Source: an uncultured Anaerolineaceae bacterium
GTDB lineage: Bacteria > Chloroflexota > Anaerolineae > Anaerolineales > Anaerolineaceae
Length of the DNA: 64,000 nucleotides
NCBI GenBank assembly: GCA_964586385.1
Contig: CAZPIM010000001.1
Coordinates: 24,710 to 88,709, forward strand
Reading direction: 5' to 3'
How positions within the stretch are numbered: the first letter of the stretch is position 1; every line of letters begins with the position of its first letter. Below, in pieces: positions 16,381 through 25,740 of this stretch. The notes under the pieces were generated by a model. The model worked only from the letters and a program-made list of their open reading frames with translations. It made no database searches and had not been told where the DNA came from. The position numbers and the translations under genes are program-made.

Positions 16381-18252
16381 GTGAATTCAAGAAATCAATC
16401 GTACGTAATCTACTTGCTGCTATTCATAGCCATTATCGTAATGGCGGTATATAGCTTTAGCCAGCGTAGTAGTGCGGAAGACCTGACAATCAACCAGGTA
16501 GCTGCTGATATTAGGGCAGGCAAAATATCCGAAATAGAAGATGACGAAAACAGACTAAGAGTAAAGTACTATGAAGATCTTCGTGAAGGTGTATCGAACA
16601 AAGAAAATTCTGCAACTCTTGTTGAGCAATTAATCGATCTAGGTGTAACGCCTGCTGATCTTGCGCCAGAAAAAATTAAAATCATGATTACACCCCCAAG
16701 TCCTTGGGTAGGTATTTTGACAGCTTTAGGATATATTTTTCCGTTTATTCTTTTAGGTGGGGCTTTCTTCTTTATTTTCCGTCAAGCACAAGGTAGTAAT
16801 AATGCTGCGATGTCATTCGGTAAATCTAAGGCGAGAATGTTTACAGGTGACCACCCAACCGTAACTTTTGTTGATGTGGCCGGTGTTGAAGAAGCCAAAG
16901 AAGAATTAAAAGAAGTTGTTGAATTTTTAAGAGAACCACAAAAATTTATTTCTCTTGGCGCACGTATTCCAAAAGGAGTTTTGTTAGTTGGACCTCCAGG
17001 TACAGGTAAAACATTATTAGCTAAAGCGGTTTCAGGCGAAGCAGGAGTTCCTTTCTTTTCGATTTCCGGATCTGAATTCGTTGAAATGTTCGTTGGTGTC
17101 GGTGCAAGCCGCGTTCGAGACCTTTTCGAACAGGCAAAACGTCATTCGCCTTGTATTGTCTTCGTAGATGAAATAGATGCTGTGGGTCGTCAACGTGGTG
17201 CAGGACTTGGCGGTAGCCATGACGAACGTGAACAAACATTGAATCAAATGCTTGTTGAAATGGATGGTTTTGATACGGATACAAACGTCATCGTAATGGC
17301 CGCCACAAACAGACCGGACATTTTAGATCCTGCCTTATTGAGACCAGGTAGATTTGATCGCCGTGTGGTCTTAGATCGACCCGATGTAAGAGGTCGTGAG
17401 GCTATCTTAAAAGTTCATATCAAAGGGAAACCAATTGCGAAAGAAATCGATTTAAGTGTTATCGCCCGTTCAACACCAGGTTTTGTTGGTGCAGATTTGG
17501 AAAATTTGGTTAATGAAGCAGCTATTTTAGCTGCCCGACGAAATAAAACAATGATCTCTCAAAGTGAATTTGAAGAATCCATCGAACGTGTTATTGCTGG
17601 CCCGGAACGAAAAAGTCGACTGATTAGTGAAGAGGAAAAGAAAATTGTCGCCTATCACGAAGCAGGTCATGCAGTAGTGATGCATGTATTACCAGAAGGT
17701 GATCCGGTCCAAAAAGTCTCAATAATCTCCAGAGGAATGGCGGCTGGTTATACATTGGCACTACCTTCCGAAGATAGAACTTTGATGGCAAAGAAAAAGA
17801 TGATGGCTGACATGGTTGGCTTGTTAGGTGGTCGCGCGGCTGAAGAGATCGTTTTTGATGATATTACCTCAGGCGCTTCCAATGACATCGAAAGAGTTAG
17901 TAAATTAGCCAGAACAATGGTGATGCGACTGGGAATGAGTGACGCTCTTGGTCCTATGGTCTATGGTCAAAAAGAAGAATTGATTTTCCTTGGAAGAGAA
18001 ATTTCTGAACAAAGAGATTACTCAGAACAGATTGCAGAAAAAATCGACCTGGAAGTCCGCCAATTAGTAAATTTAGCTTATTTGCAAGCTAAACAAATCT
18101 TAACTGATTATCGGGAAAAATTGGATGCTGTGGCGCAAAAACTTCTCGAGGTAGAGACACTTTCAAAAGAAGAATTTGAAAAAGTCTTTCCTTCTCCAAG
18201 TCAAAAGCGAAGCGGCATACCGGAATTAATTCCTAACGGAAATTTAATCTAA
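16381..18252 (+). CDS. ftsH: ATP-dependent zinc metalloprotease FtsH
   Basis: 623 aa with a GTG start behind GGGAGG. It has two TM segments, the AAA motif [13 protein letters not shown], the SRH region, and the zinc site HEAGHA. Confidence 0.97.
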   Translation: MNSRNQSYVIYLLLFIAIIVMAVYSFSQRSSAEDLTINQVAADIRAGKISEIEDDENRLRVKYYEDLREGVSNKENSATLVEQLIDLGVTPADLAPEKIKIMITPPSPWVGILTALGYIFPFILLGGAFFFIFRQAQGSNNAAMSFGKSKARMFTGDHPTVTFVDVAGVEEAKEELKEVVEFLREPQKFISLGARIPKGVLLVGPPGTGKTLLAKAVSGEAGVPFFSISGSEFVEMFVGVGASRVRDLFEQAKRHSPCIVFVDEIDAVGRQRGAGLGGSHDEREQTLNQMLVEMDGFDTDTNVIVMAATNRPDILDPALLRPGRFDRRVVLDRPDVRGREAILKVHIKGKPIAKEIDLSVIARSTPGFVGADLENLVNEAAILAARRNKTMISQSEFEESIERVIAGPERKSRLISEEEKKIVAYHEAGHAVVMHVLPEGDPVQKVSIISRGMAAGYTLALPSEDRTLMAKKKMMADMVGLLGGRAAEEIVFDDITSGASNDIERVSKLARTMVMRLGMSDALGPMVYGQKEELIFLGREISEQRDYSEQIAEKIDLEVRQLVNLAYLQAKQILTDYREKLDAVAQKLLEVETLSKEEFEKVFPSPSQKRSGIPELIPNGNLI

Positions 18253-18255
18253 ACT

Positions 18256-18296
18256 TAAAAAACACCATTCGAAATTACAAAGAATGGTGTTTTTAT
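18256..18296. terminator. Bidirectional intrinsic terminator between ftsH (+) and miaA (-)
   Basis: AACACCATTC (18261-18270) pairs with GAATGGTGTT (18283-18292). It is flanked by an A-run and a T-run. Confidence 0.75.
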
Positions 18297-19268
18297 TTAT
18301 AAATCAGGCGCTAGCCATCCATCATTGGAGTGTATGTATCGAATGATTTCACTCAGAAGTTCATCATGATTTGTAAACCATTGAATTTGTGGGTCATTCT
18401 CTTTAAACCAATTCGCTTGCCGGCGAACAAATTGCCTGGTATTACGTTTCATTAAGACTATTGCTTCATCCAAACTGATTGTTCCATGTACATATTGGTA
18501 AATTTCTCTGTAACCAATAGCAGACATCGACGAGTTAATCGGGGAGTATCCGTTCATAATAAGTTTTTTAACTTCATCAACGAATCCATCTTCGATCATT
18601 TTTTCAATTCTTCGATCGATTCGAGTGTATAACTCGTGCCGCTCAATTTTAATTCCTATCGTTTTACGACTGTATTTTGAAGAGGATATTCTCCTTTGAT
18701 CCGAAAATCTGTGTCCGGTTAATAATATCACCTCCACAGCACGTAAAGTCCGACGGAAATTTCGCTTATCAATTTGACTGGCAGCTATTGGGTCTACACA
18801 TTTCAAATACTCATAGAGATTATCTCTTCCCCTTACTACAACTTCCTTTTCCAGGATAGCCCGCAAATGATCATTCCGTTCCTGTGCAGGCATTGACCAG
18901 GCATGCAATACAGAATGAATATATTGCCCTGTACCTCCTACCAGAATTGGCAGCCTGTCTCGTGAGTGAATTTGATCGATGACCTTAAACGCTTCATTTT
19001 GGAATTTTGCTAAACTCCACGTCTCGTCCGGCTCAGAAACGTCAATCATATAATGGGGAACGGATTGCATTTCAGAATTAGTAGGTTTTGCAGTCCCGAT
19101 ATCCATGCCACGATAAAAATACCGGGAATCGGCTGAGACGATTTCACCTTTAAATGCTTTTGCCAGCTCAATCGAAAGAGCCGTTTTTCCGGATGCTGTC
19201 GGTCCAACAATAATAATGAGCGGATTTACAATATTATTCCAATACATTTTCAAACCACTCAATTTCAT
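18297..19268 (-). CDS. miaA: tRNA dimethylallyltransferase
   Basis: 323 aa. It contains the P-loop IIIVGPTASGKT and the stretches DSRYFYRGMDIGTAKP and GGTGQY. An alternative start at 19247 (M8) would reduce the overlap with yraN. Confidence 0.9.
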   Translation of the reverse strand: MKLSGLKMYWNNIVNPLIIIVGPTASGKTALSIELAKAFKGEIVSADSRYFYRGMDIGTAKPTNSEMQSVPHYMIDVSEPDETWSLAKFQNEAFKVIDQIHSRDRLPILVGGTGQYIHSVLHAWSMPAQERNDHLRAILEKEVVVRGRDNLYEYLKCVDPIAASQIDKRNFRRTLRAVEVILLTGHRFSDQRRISSSKYSRKTIGIKIERHELYTRIDRRIEKMIEDGFVDEVKKLIMNGYSPINSSMSAIGYREIYQYVHGTISLDEAIVLMKRNTRQFVRRQANWFKENDPQIQWFTNHDELLSEIIRYIHSNDGWLAPDL

Positions 19269-19602
19269 ATTTACTTGTGCCTGGATTTCGAATAATTGAT
19301 ATCACATCGATTTGCCAATCGCAATCTGGAATGTCATTCGATTCAAAGAAATCCCAAATCACTGTTTCAATATGTTCCAGTTTTTTTAAATCAACTGCCT
19401 CTTCCGGAAATCCATAATTTACAGATTGGCGTGTTTTTACTTCAAAAAAAATAAATCGATCGTCTTTAATCCCAATTAAGTCAATTTCCCCGGAGACTGT
19501 TCTGTAGTTGCATTCACGAATTAGAATGCCTTTTTCTTCCAGAAATTTTTTCGCTAATGCCTCTCCCCAATGAGCTAATTGTGATTTTGTATAAAATGTC
19601 AT
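19234..19602 (-). CDS. YraN-family (UPF0102) predicted endonuclease
   Basis: 122 aa. GEIDLIG...FFEVKTR is the typical YraN PD-(D/E)XK-like core. Confidence 0.8.
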   Translation of the reverse strand: MTFYTKSQLAHWGEALAKKFLEEKGILIRECNYRTVSGEIDLIGIKDDRFIFFEVKTRQSVNYGFPEEAVDLKKLEHIETVIWDFFESNDIPDCDWQIDVISIIRNPGTSKYEIEWFENVLE

Positions 19603-19837
19603 TATATTTCCTACATAACCTTTTTAAATTTGGATCCCTTTAAAGGAATTTTTAAAATTTCCGAGATTTCTTCTCTTCCGTGTTTATTATCTTCTAGGAA
19701 TTTCAATTGAAGATGACATTATTAATTATACTTTTTGACAATGCCCGATTAATCTTCAATCAATAATTTCTTCTAAAACTATCTATTCCTATCCAGACAT
19801 TATATAATCATTGATAATTTTTATGATCAGAGGGAAA

Positions 19838-20989
19838 ATGCCAACTGCAGAAATTATAACAATTGGAACTGAACTATTACTGGGAGAAATTCAAGATACG
19901 AACACAAGGCATATTGCAAGAATGCTCAGAAATGCTGGAATTGATCTTTATCGCACGACGACTGTTGGAGATAATCTCGATCGAATAGCATCAGTAGTGA
20001 GAGAAGCACTTGAGAGATCTAATATTATTCTAACTACTGGTGGTCTTGGTCCGACAGTCGATGATCCAACAAGAAACGCAATTGCAAAAGCACTCGATAT
20101 CCAGCTTGAATTTCAACCAGATTTGTGGGCTGATATTGAAAAACAATTTTTAAGGTATGGTCGTATACCTACCGAAAACAACAAAAAACAAGCTTATATT
20201 CCGGAAGGTTCGATACCGATAAAAAATCCAGTAGGTACTGCACCTTCTTTCGCGGCAAAAACTAAAAATGGTGTCATTATTTCATTACCTGGCGTGCCAA
20301 GAGAAATGGAATTTTTGATGGAACATGCAGTTATACCTTTGTTGCATAACATGTTTAAATTAGAAGGAATTATCAAAACTTTTTCGATACACACATCTGG
20401 TGCTGGTGAATCTCATGTTGATGAGATCATAGGCGATCTCGAATTGCTTCAAAATCCAACTGTCGGTTTGGTAGCTTATCCTGGTCAAATCGATATACGT
20501 GTGACTGCAAAAGCAAACTCTATTGATGAAGCAGATAAAATGATTTCAGATATGGTAAGTAAGATTGATCATCGATTAGGAAGCACAATATTTGGGTACA
20601 ATGAAACTACTTTAGAGCAGGTCGTTGCCAATATTTTACAAAAGGAAAAAGTGAGAATATCTGTTATTGAATATGGAATGGATGAAAATATATCCAAAAG
20701 GCTTAGAAAGCAACATTTATTACTTGAAAATTCGGTCAATTTATTGAAAAAACCTGAAAATGATGAGGTTTACCAACTTGCAAAAGAACTTTATGAACAG
20801 GACGAAGGCAATCTCATTCTTTCAGCCATATTAGATGCATCTTCACAGGAAAGTATGATCCTGAATCTGTTTTTGATTTATAAAAATAAAAAATTCGAAA
20901 AAGTTAGGTCATTTGGTGGACACTTTAATTTAGTTAAACCTTGGGCAGAAAATACCGCTCTTGATTTTATTCGAAAACAGTTTTGTTAA
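19838..20989 (+). CDS. cinA: CinA-like competence/damage-inducible protein (MoCF-binding domain plus KH-like domain plus a degenerate PncC-like C-terminus)
   Basis: The start was moved to the ATG at 19838 (MPTAEIITIGTELLLGEIQDTN...). It contains TTGGLGPTVDD. The C-terminal region lacks the AESCTGG-type motif and reads VIEYGMDE instead. Confidence 0.8.
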   Translation: MPTAEIITIGTELLLGEIQDTNTRHIARMLRNAGIDLYRTTTVGDNLDRIASVVREALERSNIILTTGGLGPTVDDPTRNAIAKALDIQLEFQPDLWADIEKQFLRYGRIPTENNKKQAYIPEGSIPIKNPVGTAPSFAAKTKNGVIISLPGVPREMEFLMEHAVIPLLHNMFKLEGIIKTFSIHTSGAGESHVDEIIGDLELLQNPTVGLVAYPGQIDIRVTAKANSIDEADKMISDMVSKIDHRLGSTIFGYNETTLEQVVANILQKEKVRISVIEYGMDENISKRLRKQHLLLENSVNLLKKPENDEVYQLAKELYEQDEGNLILSAILDASSQESMILNLFLIYKNKKFEKVRSFGGHFNLVKPWAENTALDFIRKQFC

Positions 20990-21013
20990 TTTAAACGAAT
21001 AGGAGAGGCAAAA

Positions 21014-22993
21014 GTGAAAGTAGATACACTTCTTACAAATGCAATTATATTGACGATGGATGAGGAGTATAGAATTTTTCAACATGGGGCAATAGCCATA
21101 AATGCGGATTCAATAATTGAAATTGGTGAAAATAGCGAATTAATTTTAAAATTTACGGCAAATGAAGTTATTGATTGTAATGGAAAGATCTTAATGCCAG
21201 GTCTGATCAATGCTCATACGCACGTACCAATGACTTTATTACGTGGATTATCCGATGATCTTCGATTGGATGTTTGGCTTTTAGGATACATGATGCCAGT
21301 GGAAAGAGAATATGTTAACCCTGAATTTGTCAGGCTTGGAACAAAAATTGCGTGTTCAGAGATGATTCAGGCCGGAATAACATGTTTCAATGATATGTAT
21401 TATTTTGAAGATGACGTTGCTGAAGCAACAGCAGAAGTTGGTATGCGAGCTATATGTGGTGAAAGTATTCTAAAATTTCCAACACCTGATGCGCAATCTT
21501 ATGAAGAATCGCTGGCATACTCGAGAGACTTTATCATCAAATGGAAAAATCATCCGTTAATTGTTCCTGCAATTGCTCCACATGCCCCTTATACCTGTAC
21601 TGCAGAGATTTTACAAAAATCAAAAGATTTAGCGATAGAATTTGATGTTCCACTTCACATTCACATCGCAGAAACCGCATCTGAGGTAGAAAATAGTAGG
21701 AACGAACACGGCATGCCTGTCGTTCCTTATGTGAAGAAGAACAAATTGTTAGATGCGAAAGTAATCGCAGCTCATTGTGTGCATATTGATCCAGGAGAAA
21801 TGCGAACCTTTAAAAGCACCAATACTGGTGTTGCGCACAACCCATCTTCCAATCTGAAACTGGCATCTGGAATCGCCCCTATTCGACAATTGATGGAATT
21901 AGGTGTTAATGTTGGAATCGGTACCGATGGACCTGCCTCAAATAATGATCTGGATATGTTTGAAGAAATCCGGTTGACGACTTTTCTTGCGAAAGGAGTA
22001 AGTGGAGATCCGACCACTCTTCCAGCAAAAACAACGCTTGCTATGGCTACGCGCATCGGTGCTAAAGCCTTGCATATTGGTGACATAACTGGTTCTCTGG
22101 AACCCGGTAAACGTGCTGATTTAATTACCATCAATATTTCGACGACTCATAACTCACCTGCCTTCCGCCACTTTCCGGAGGCACCATACAGCCAGGTTGT
22201 TTATGCCTCGAAAGCAACTGACGTGAATGATGTGATGGTCAATGGGAAATGGTTAATGAGGGATCGGGTTTTATTGACAATTAATGACAAAGAATTACTT
22301 ATCCAGGCGCAAGAATATGCGATAAGTATTGATCGTTTTATTTCTCAAAGAGAATCATCTGTAATTTCTAAACTTGTTGCGATCGGTGGAGCACATGAAG
22401 AAGAAAGTTTTGAAGTGCAAGTAAAGGTTCCGCTTCAAAATGCAGAAGAAATGAATTTAAAAATACAAAAAAGTGAATTGGAGATAATGAGAACACGCCA
22501 TTATCGCGAATATGATACCTATTTCTTTTTTGAAGACCAGGATCAGGGCCGATTGAGATATCGTGAAGATCACTTAATATCAGAGCGTGGAGAAATCACG
22601 AATGTTCGCTCGAGATTGACTTTAATCGGAGTTAAGAGTGAAAGTCATTATGAGGGTAAAGTAATTCTTTCGAGATCCAGATACATTGCACCGGCAACCC
22701 AAAGTCTGCGATTTTATAAAGAATATTTCAATCCAACAAATATGCTGGAAATTGAAAAAGATAGAAAACGTTACCTGGTGAAATACAAAGAAACAGAATT
22801 CTTTATAAATATTGATCAGTTTAAGCAACCTTTACTAGGCACATTTTTAGAAATTAAAAGCAGAACCTGGAGCCAAAGTGATGCTGATCAAAAATCCCGA
22901 TTGGCTGTAGAGTTATTGGAAGATTTAGGAATAGTGTCTGCGAATCCAATAACTGAAGATTATATTGAATTAGTTAGAAAAATCGCGAATTGA
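21014..22993 (+). CDS. MtaD-like amidohydrolase (5'-methylthioadenosine/SAH/adenosine-type deaminase) fused to a C-terminal CYTH-like domain
   Basis: 659 aa with a GTG start behind AGGAGA. Amidohydrolase metal ligands are LINAHTH, HIHIAE, AAHCVH and GIGTDG. From about residue 463 the sequence shows CYTH hallmarks: FEVQVKV, YDTYFF, RLRYRE, RLTLIGVK, RKRYLV and NIDQF...LGTFLEIKS. Confidence 0.8.
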   Translation: MKVDTLLTNAIILTMDEEYRIFQHGAIAINADSIIEIGENSELILKFTANEVIDCNGKILMPGLINAHTHVPMTLLRGLSDDLRLDVWLLGYMMPVEREYVNPEFVRLGTKIACSEMIQAGITCFNDMYYFEDDVAEATAEVGMRAICGESILKFPTPDAQSYEESLAYSRDFIIKWKNHPLIVPAIAPHAPYTCTAEILQKSKDLAIEFDVPLHIHIAETASEVENSRNEHGMPVVPYVKKNKLLDAKVIAAHCVHIDPGEMRTFKSTNTGVAHNPSSNLKLASGIAPIRQLMELGVNVGIGTDGPASNNDLDMFEEIRLTTFLAKGVSGDPTTLPAKTTLAMATRIGAKALHIGDITGSLEPGKRADLITINISTTHNSPAFRHFPEAPYSQVVYASKATDVNDVMVNGKWLMRDRVLLTINDKELLIQAQEYAISIDRFISQRESSVISKLVAIGGAHEEESFEVQVKVPLQNAEEMNLKIQKSELEIMRTRHYREYDTYFFFEDQDQGRLRYREDHLISERGEITNVRSRLTLIGVKSESHYEGKVILSRSRYIAPATQSLRFYKEYFNPTNMLEIEKDRKRYLVKYKETEFFINIDQFKQPLLGTFLEIKSRTWSQSDADQKSRLAVELLEDLGIVSANPITEDYIELVRKIAN

Positions 22994-23015
22994 TGGTTCA
23001 AAAAGGGAAATTTCC

Positions 23016-24482
23016 ATGAATGAATTCTCAAAATTAAATGTTCTTTATGTCGCCTCCGAAGCTGCTCCGTTGATAAAAGTTGGTGGACTCGGTGATGTCG
23101 CTGGCTCTTTACCGAAAGCATTACGTAAATTAATGCCTGAACAGATGAAAGGTTTTGCATTGGACGTACGATTAGCAATTCCTTTCCATTCAAAAATCAC
23201 TCAGAAGTTTTCTAATCTTCAATTAATTTGTTCTTATTTAGTTCCACACCCGAATGGTCCGATTCAAGCAAGGGCTTTTTATACAATTGTCGATGATGTG
23301 CCAGTTTATTTGATTGAAGGAAGTTCAATATTAACGGATCAAAACGTATATTCCAACGACACAAGCTCTGATGCCAGAAAATATATTTTCTTTTCTTTAG
23401 CTGCCATAGAATTAATGAAACAAATTAATTGGAATATCGATATTCTACATTGCAATGATTGGCATACGGCAATTTCAGTTTATGATATGAAATTACGACG
23501 CACACAGGACCTGTTTTTTAAAAACACGAAATCCGTTTTATCCATGCATAATCTACCATATATGGGTGCAGGTGCAGAATCTATCATTCACGAATTTGGT
23601 TTTTCTGGTTGTGATTGTCAGGGTTTGCCGGATTGGGCACGACATGTCCCCTTACCCATAGGTATATATGCAGCTGATCAATTACTGACTGTTTCTCCAT
23701 CCTATTCCCAGGAAATTTTAACACCTGAGTTTGGATGCGGATTACAGGATTTTCTTGAAAGTAGAAAAGAGTCAGTTGCAGGTATTTTAAATGGCATTGA
23801 TCAAACGATTTGGGACCCATCTACCGATACTGCAATTCACTATAATTTTGACATTTCCTCACTCGAAAATCGAGTAAAAAACAAACTGGCGTTACAAACA
23901 GAATTTGGAATGGTTAGGGACGAAAAGATTCCTCTGGTAATTTTGATAAGTAGAATGGATCAACAAAAGGGAATTGATATTGCAATCAATGGTTTGAGAC
24001 AAGTCATGGATCAACCGATGCAAATCATCTTCCTTGGGACTGGTGATCCATTTATCGAAACATCTTGCAGAAGTCTGGAATCTGAATTTCCGGAAAGAGT
24101 TCGCGCTGCCCTACGATTCGATTTGAATCTTTCACGTAGAATGTATTCAGGCGGTGACATTTTAGTCATACCTTCCCGGTATGAGCCTTGTGGTCTTACG
24201 CAAATGATTGCCATGCGATATGGTTGTATACCATTAGCCCGTGCGACAGGTGGTTTGAAAGACACGATTAAAGATCAAAAAGATAGTGAGAAGAATAATG
24301 GTTTTCTGTTTGAGAATTCAGATGCAGATTCTTTTTCTCAGACGATGCGCAGAGCATTAATTACATTTGACCAAGCAAAAATCTGGAGAAAACTTCAAAT
24401 TAACGGTATGAATACAGACTTTTCATGGGAAAAATCCGCCATAGAATACGCAAAAATTTATTTGAAACTTAAAGGAGTCTAA
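23016..24482 (+). CDS. glgA: Glycogen (starch) synthase
   Basis: 488 aa. It contains ASEAAPLIKVGGLGDVAGSLPKAL and the C-terminal GT-B motifs (PSRYEPCGLTQMIAMRYG). Confidence 0.9.
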   Translation: MNEFSKLNVLYVASEAAPLIKVGGLGDVAGSLPKALRKLMPEQMKGFALDVRLAIPFHSKITQKFSNLQLICSYLVPHPNGPIQARAFYTIVDDVPVYLIEGSSILTDQNVYSNDTSSDARKYIFFSLAAIELMKQINWNIDILHCNDWHTAISVYDMKLRRTQDLFFKNTKSVLSMHNLPYMGAGAESIIHEFGFSGCDCQGLPDWARHVPLPIGIYAADQLLTVSPSYSQEILTPEFGCGLQDFLESRKESVAGILNGIDQTIWDPSTDTAIHYNFDISSLENRVKNKLALQTEFGMVRDEKIPLVILISRMDQQKGIDIAINGLRQVMDQPMQIIFLGTGDPFIETSCRSLESEFPERVRAALRFDLNLSRRMYSGGDILVIPSRYEPCGLTQMIAMRYGCIPLARATGGLKDTIKDQKDSEKNNGFLFENSDADSFSQTMRRALITFDQAKIWRKLQINGMNTDFSWEKSAIEYAKIYLKLKGV

Positions 24483-24483
24483 A

Positions 24484-25740
24484 ATGAAAGTTCGAGCGGT
24501 GATTCTTGCAGGTGGGGAAGGAACAAGACTGAGCGTATTAACAGCAAAAAGAGCAAAGCCTGCTGTTTTATTCGCCGGTAAATACCGCGTCATCGATTTT
24601 ACATTATCAAATTGCGTCAATTCACAACTCTCGGATGTAATGGTTTTAGCACAATACCGCCCTCAATCCTTAATAGAACATATCGGATCAGGTGGTCCAT
24701 GGGATTTAAATCTTGATTTTACCGGGGGAGTACGAATTTTAACACCTTATAAAGCAAAAGCATCTGATTGGTTCGTCGGCACCGCTGATGCAGTTCAACA
24801 AAATTTTGCTTTTATAAAGAAAGGGAATCCGGACCATGTCATGATTCTCTCGGGTGATCATATCTATGCAATGAATTATCAAAATATCATAAAATTTCAC
24901 ATCGAAACCGATGCAGATGTAACAATTGCCTGTATTCCTGTACCATTCAATGAAGCATCGCGTTATGGGATTCTTGAATACGATTCGAACAATAAAATTA
25001 TAAGTTTTCAAGAGAAGCCAAATCACCCTGTTTCGAATACAGCAAATATGGGGGTTTACATATTCAAAAGTGAAGTTTTAAACCATGTATTGTGGGATGA
25101 TCATTCCTCATCTGATTCAAAACATGATTTTGGTAAAGATATTATTCCGAACTTATTACGAAATAATTTCAATGTTTATGCTTTTCCTTTTAATGGATAT
25201 TGGGTCGATGTAGGAACAATTGAAACCTATTGGAACGCCCATATGGAATTATTATCTCCGACATCACAATTTCGGTTATATGATCCAAATTGGGTCATTC
25301 ATACAAGATCATACGAGAGACCACCTGTTTTTATACACAAAAATGCAAAAGTTGAAAATTGTCTGATATCAGACGGGTGTATTATAGAAGAAAATGCCTT
25401 GATCCAGAATTGTGTTTTGTCACCCGGTGTTCATATCCGGAGAAACGCAGTTGTTAAAGAATCAATATTATTTACAGACAGTCAAATCCACGAAAATTCA
25501 AATGTCTATCGCTGTATTGCAGATAAGCGAGTAATTATTGGGAAAGATTCAAAAATAGGTGTGACGAATAATCCGATTTTAAAGTTAACACTGATAGGAA
25601 AAGATTCAATGGTTCCTGACGGCACCACAATACAACCGGGTGCCATCATTGGAGCCGATGTTATTGAGAGTGATTACCATTCCAGGAAAATTATGTCTGG
25701 AGAAATGATTCAAACCAGGAGATTACCATATGAAATATAA
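24484..25740 (+). CDS. glgC: Glucose-1-phosphate adenylyltransferase
   Basis: 418 aa. It contains ILAGGEGTRLSVLTAKRAKPAV..GKYRVIDFTLSNCVNS and a C-terminal left-handed beta-helix repeat region. Confidence 0.9.
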   Translation: MKVRAVILAGGEGTRLSVLTAKRAKPAVLFAGKYRVIDFTLSNCVNSQLSDVMVLAQYRPQSLIEHIGSGGPWDLNLDFTGGVRILTPYKAKASDWFVGTADAVQQNFAFIKKGNPDHVMILSGDHIYAMNYQNIIKFHIETDADVTIACIPVPFNEASRYGILEYDSNNKIISFQEKPNHPVSNTANMGVYIFKSEVLNHVLWDDHSSSDSKHDFGKDIIPNLLRNNFNVYAFPFNGYWVDVGTIETYWNAHMELLSPTSQFRLYDPNWVIHTRSYERPPVFIHKNAKVENCLISDGCIIEENALIQNCVLSPGVHIRRNAVVKESILFTDSQIHENSNVYRCIADKRVIIGKDSKIGVTNNPILKLTLIGKDSMVPDGTTIQPGAIIGADVIESDYHSRKIMSGEMIQTRRLPYEI

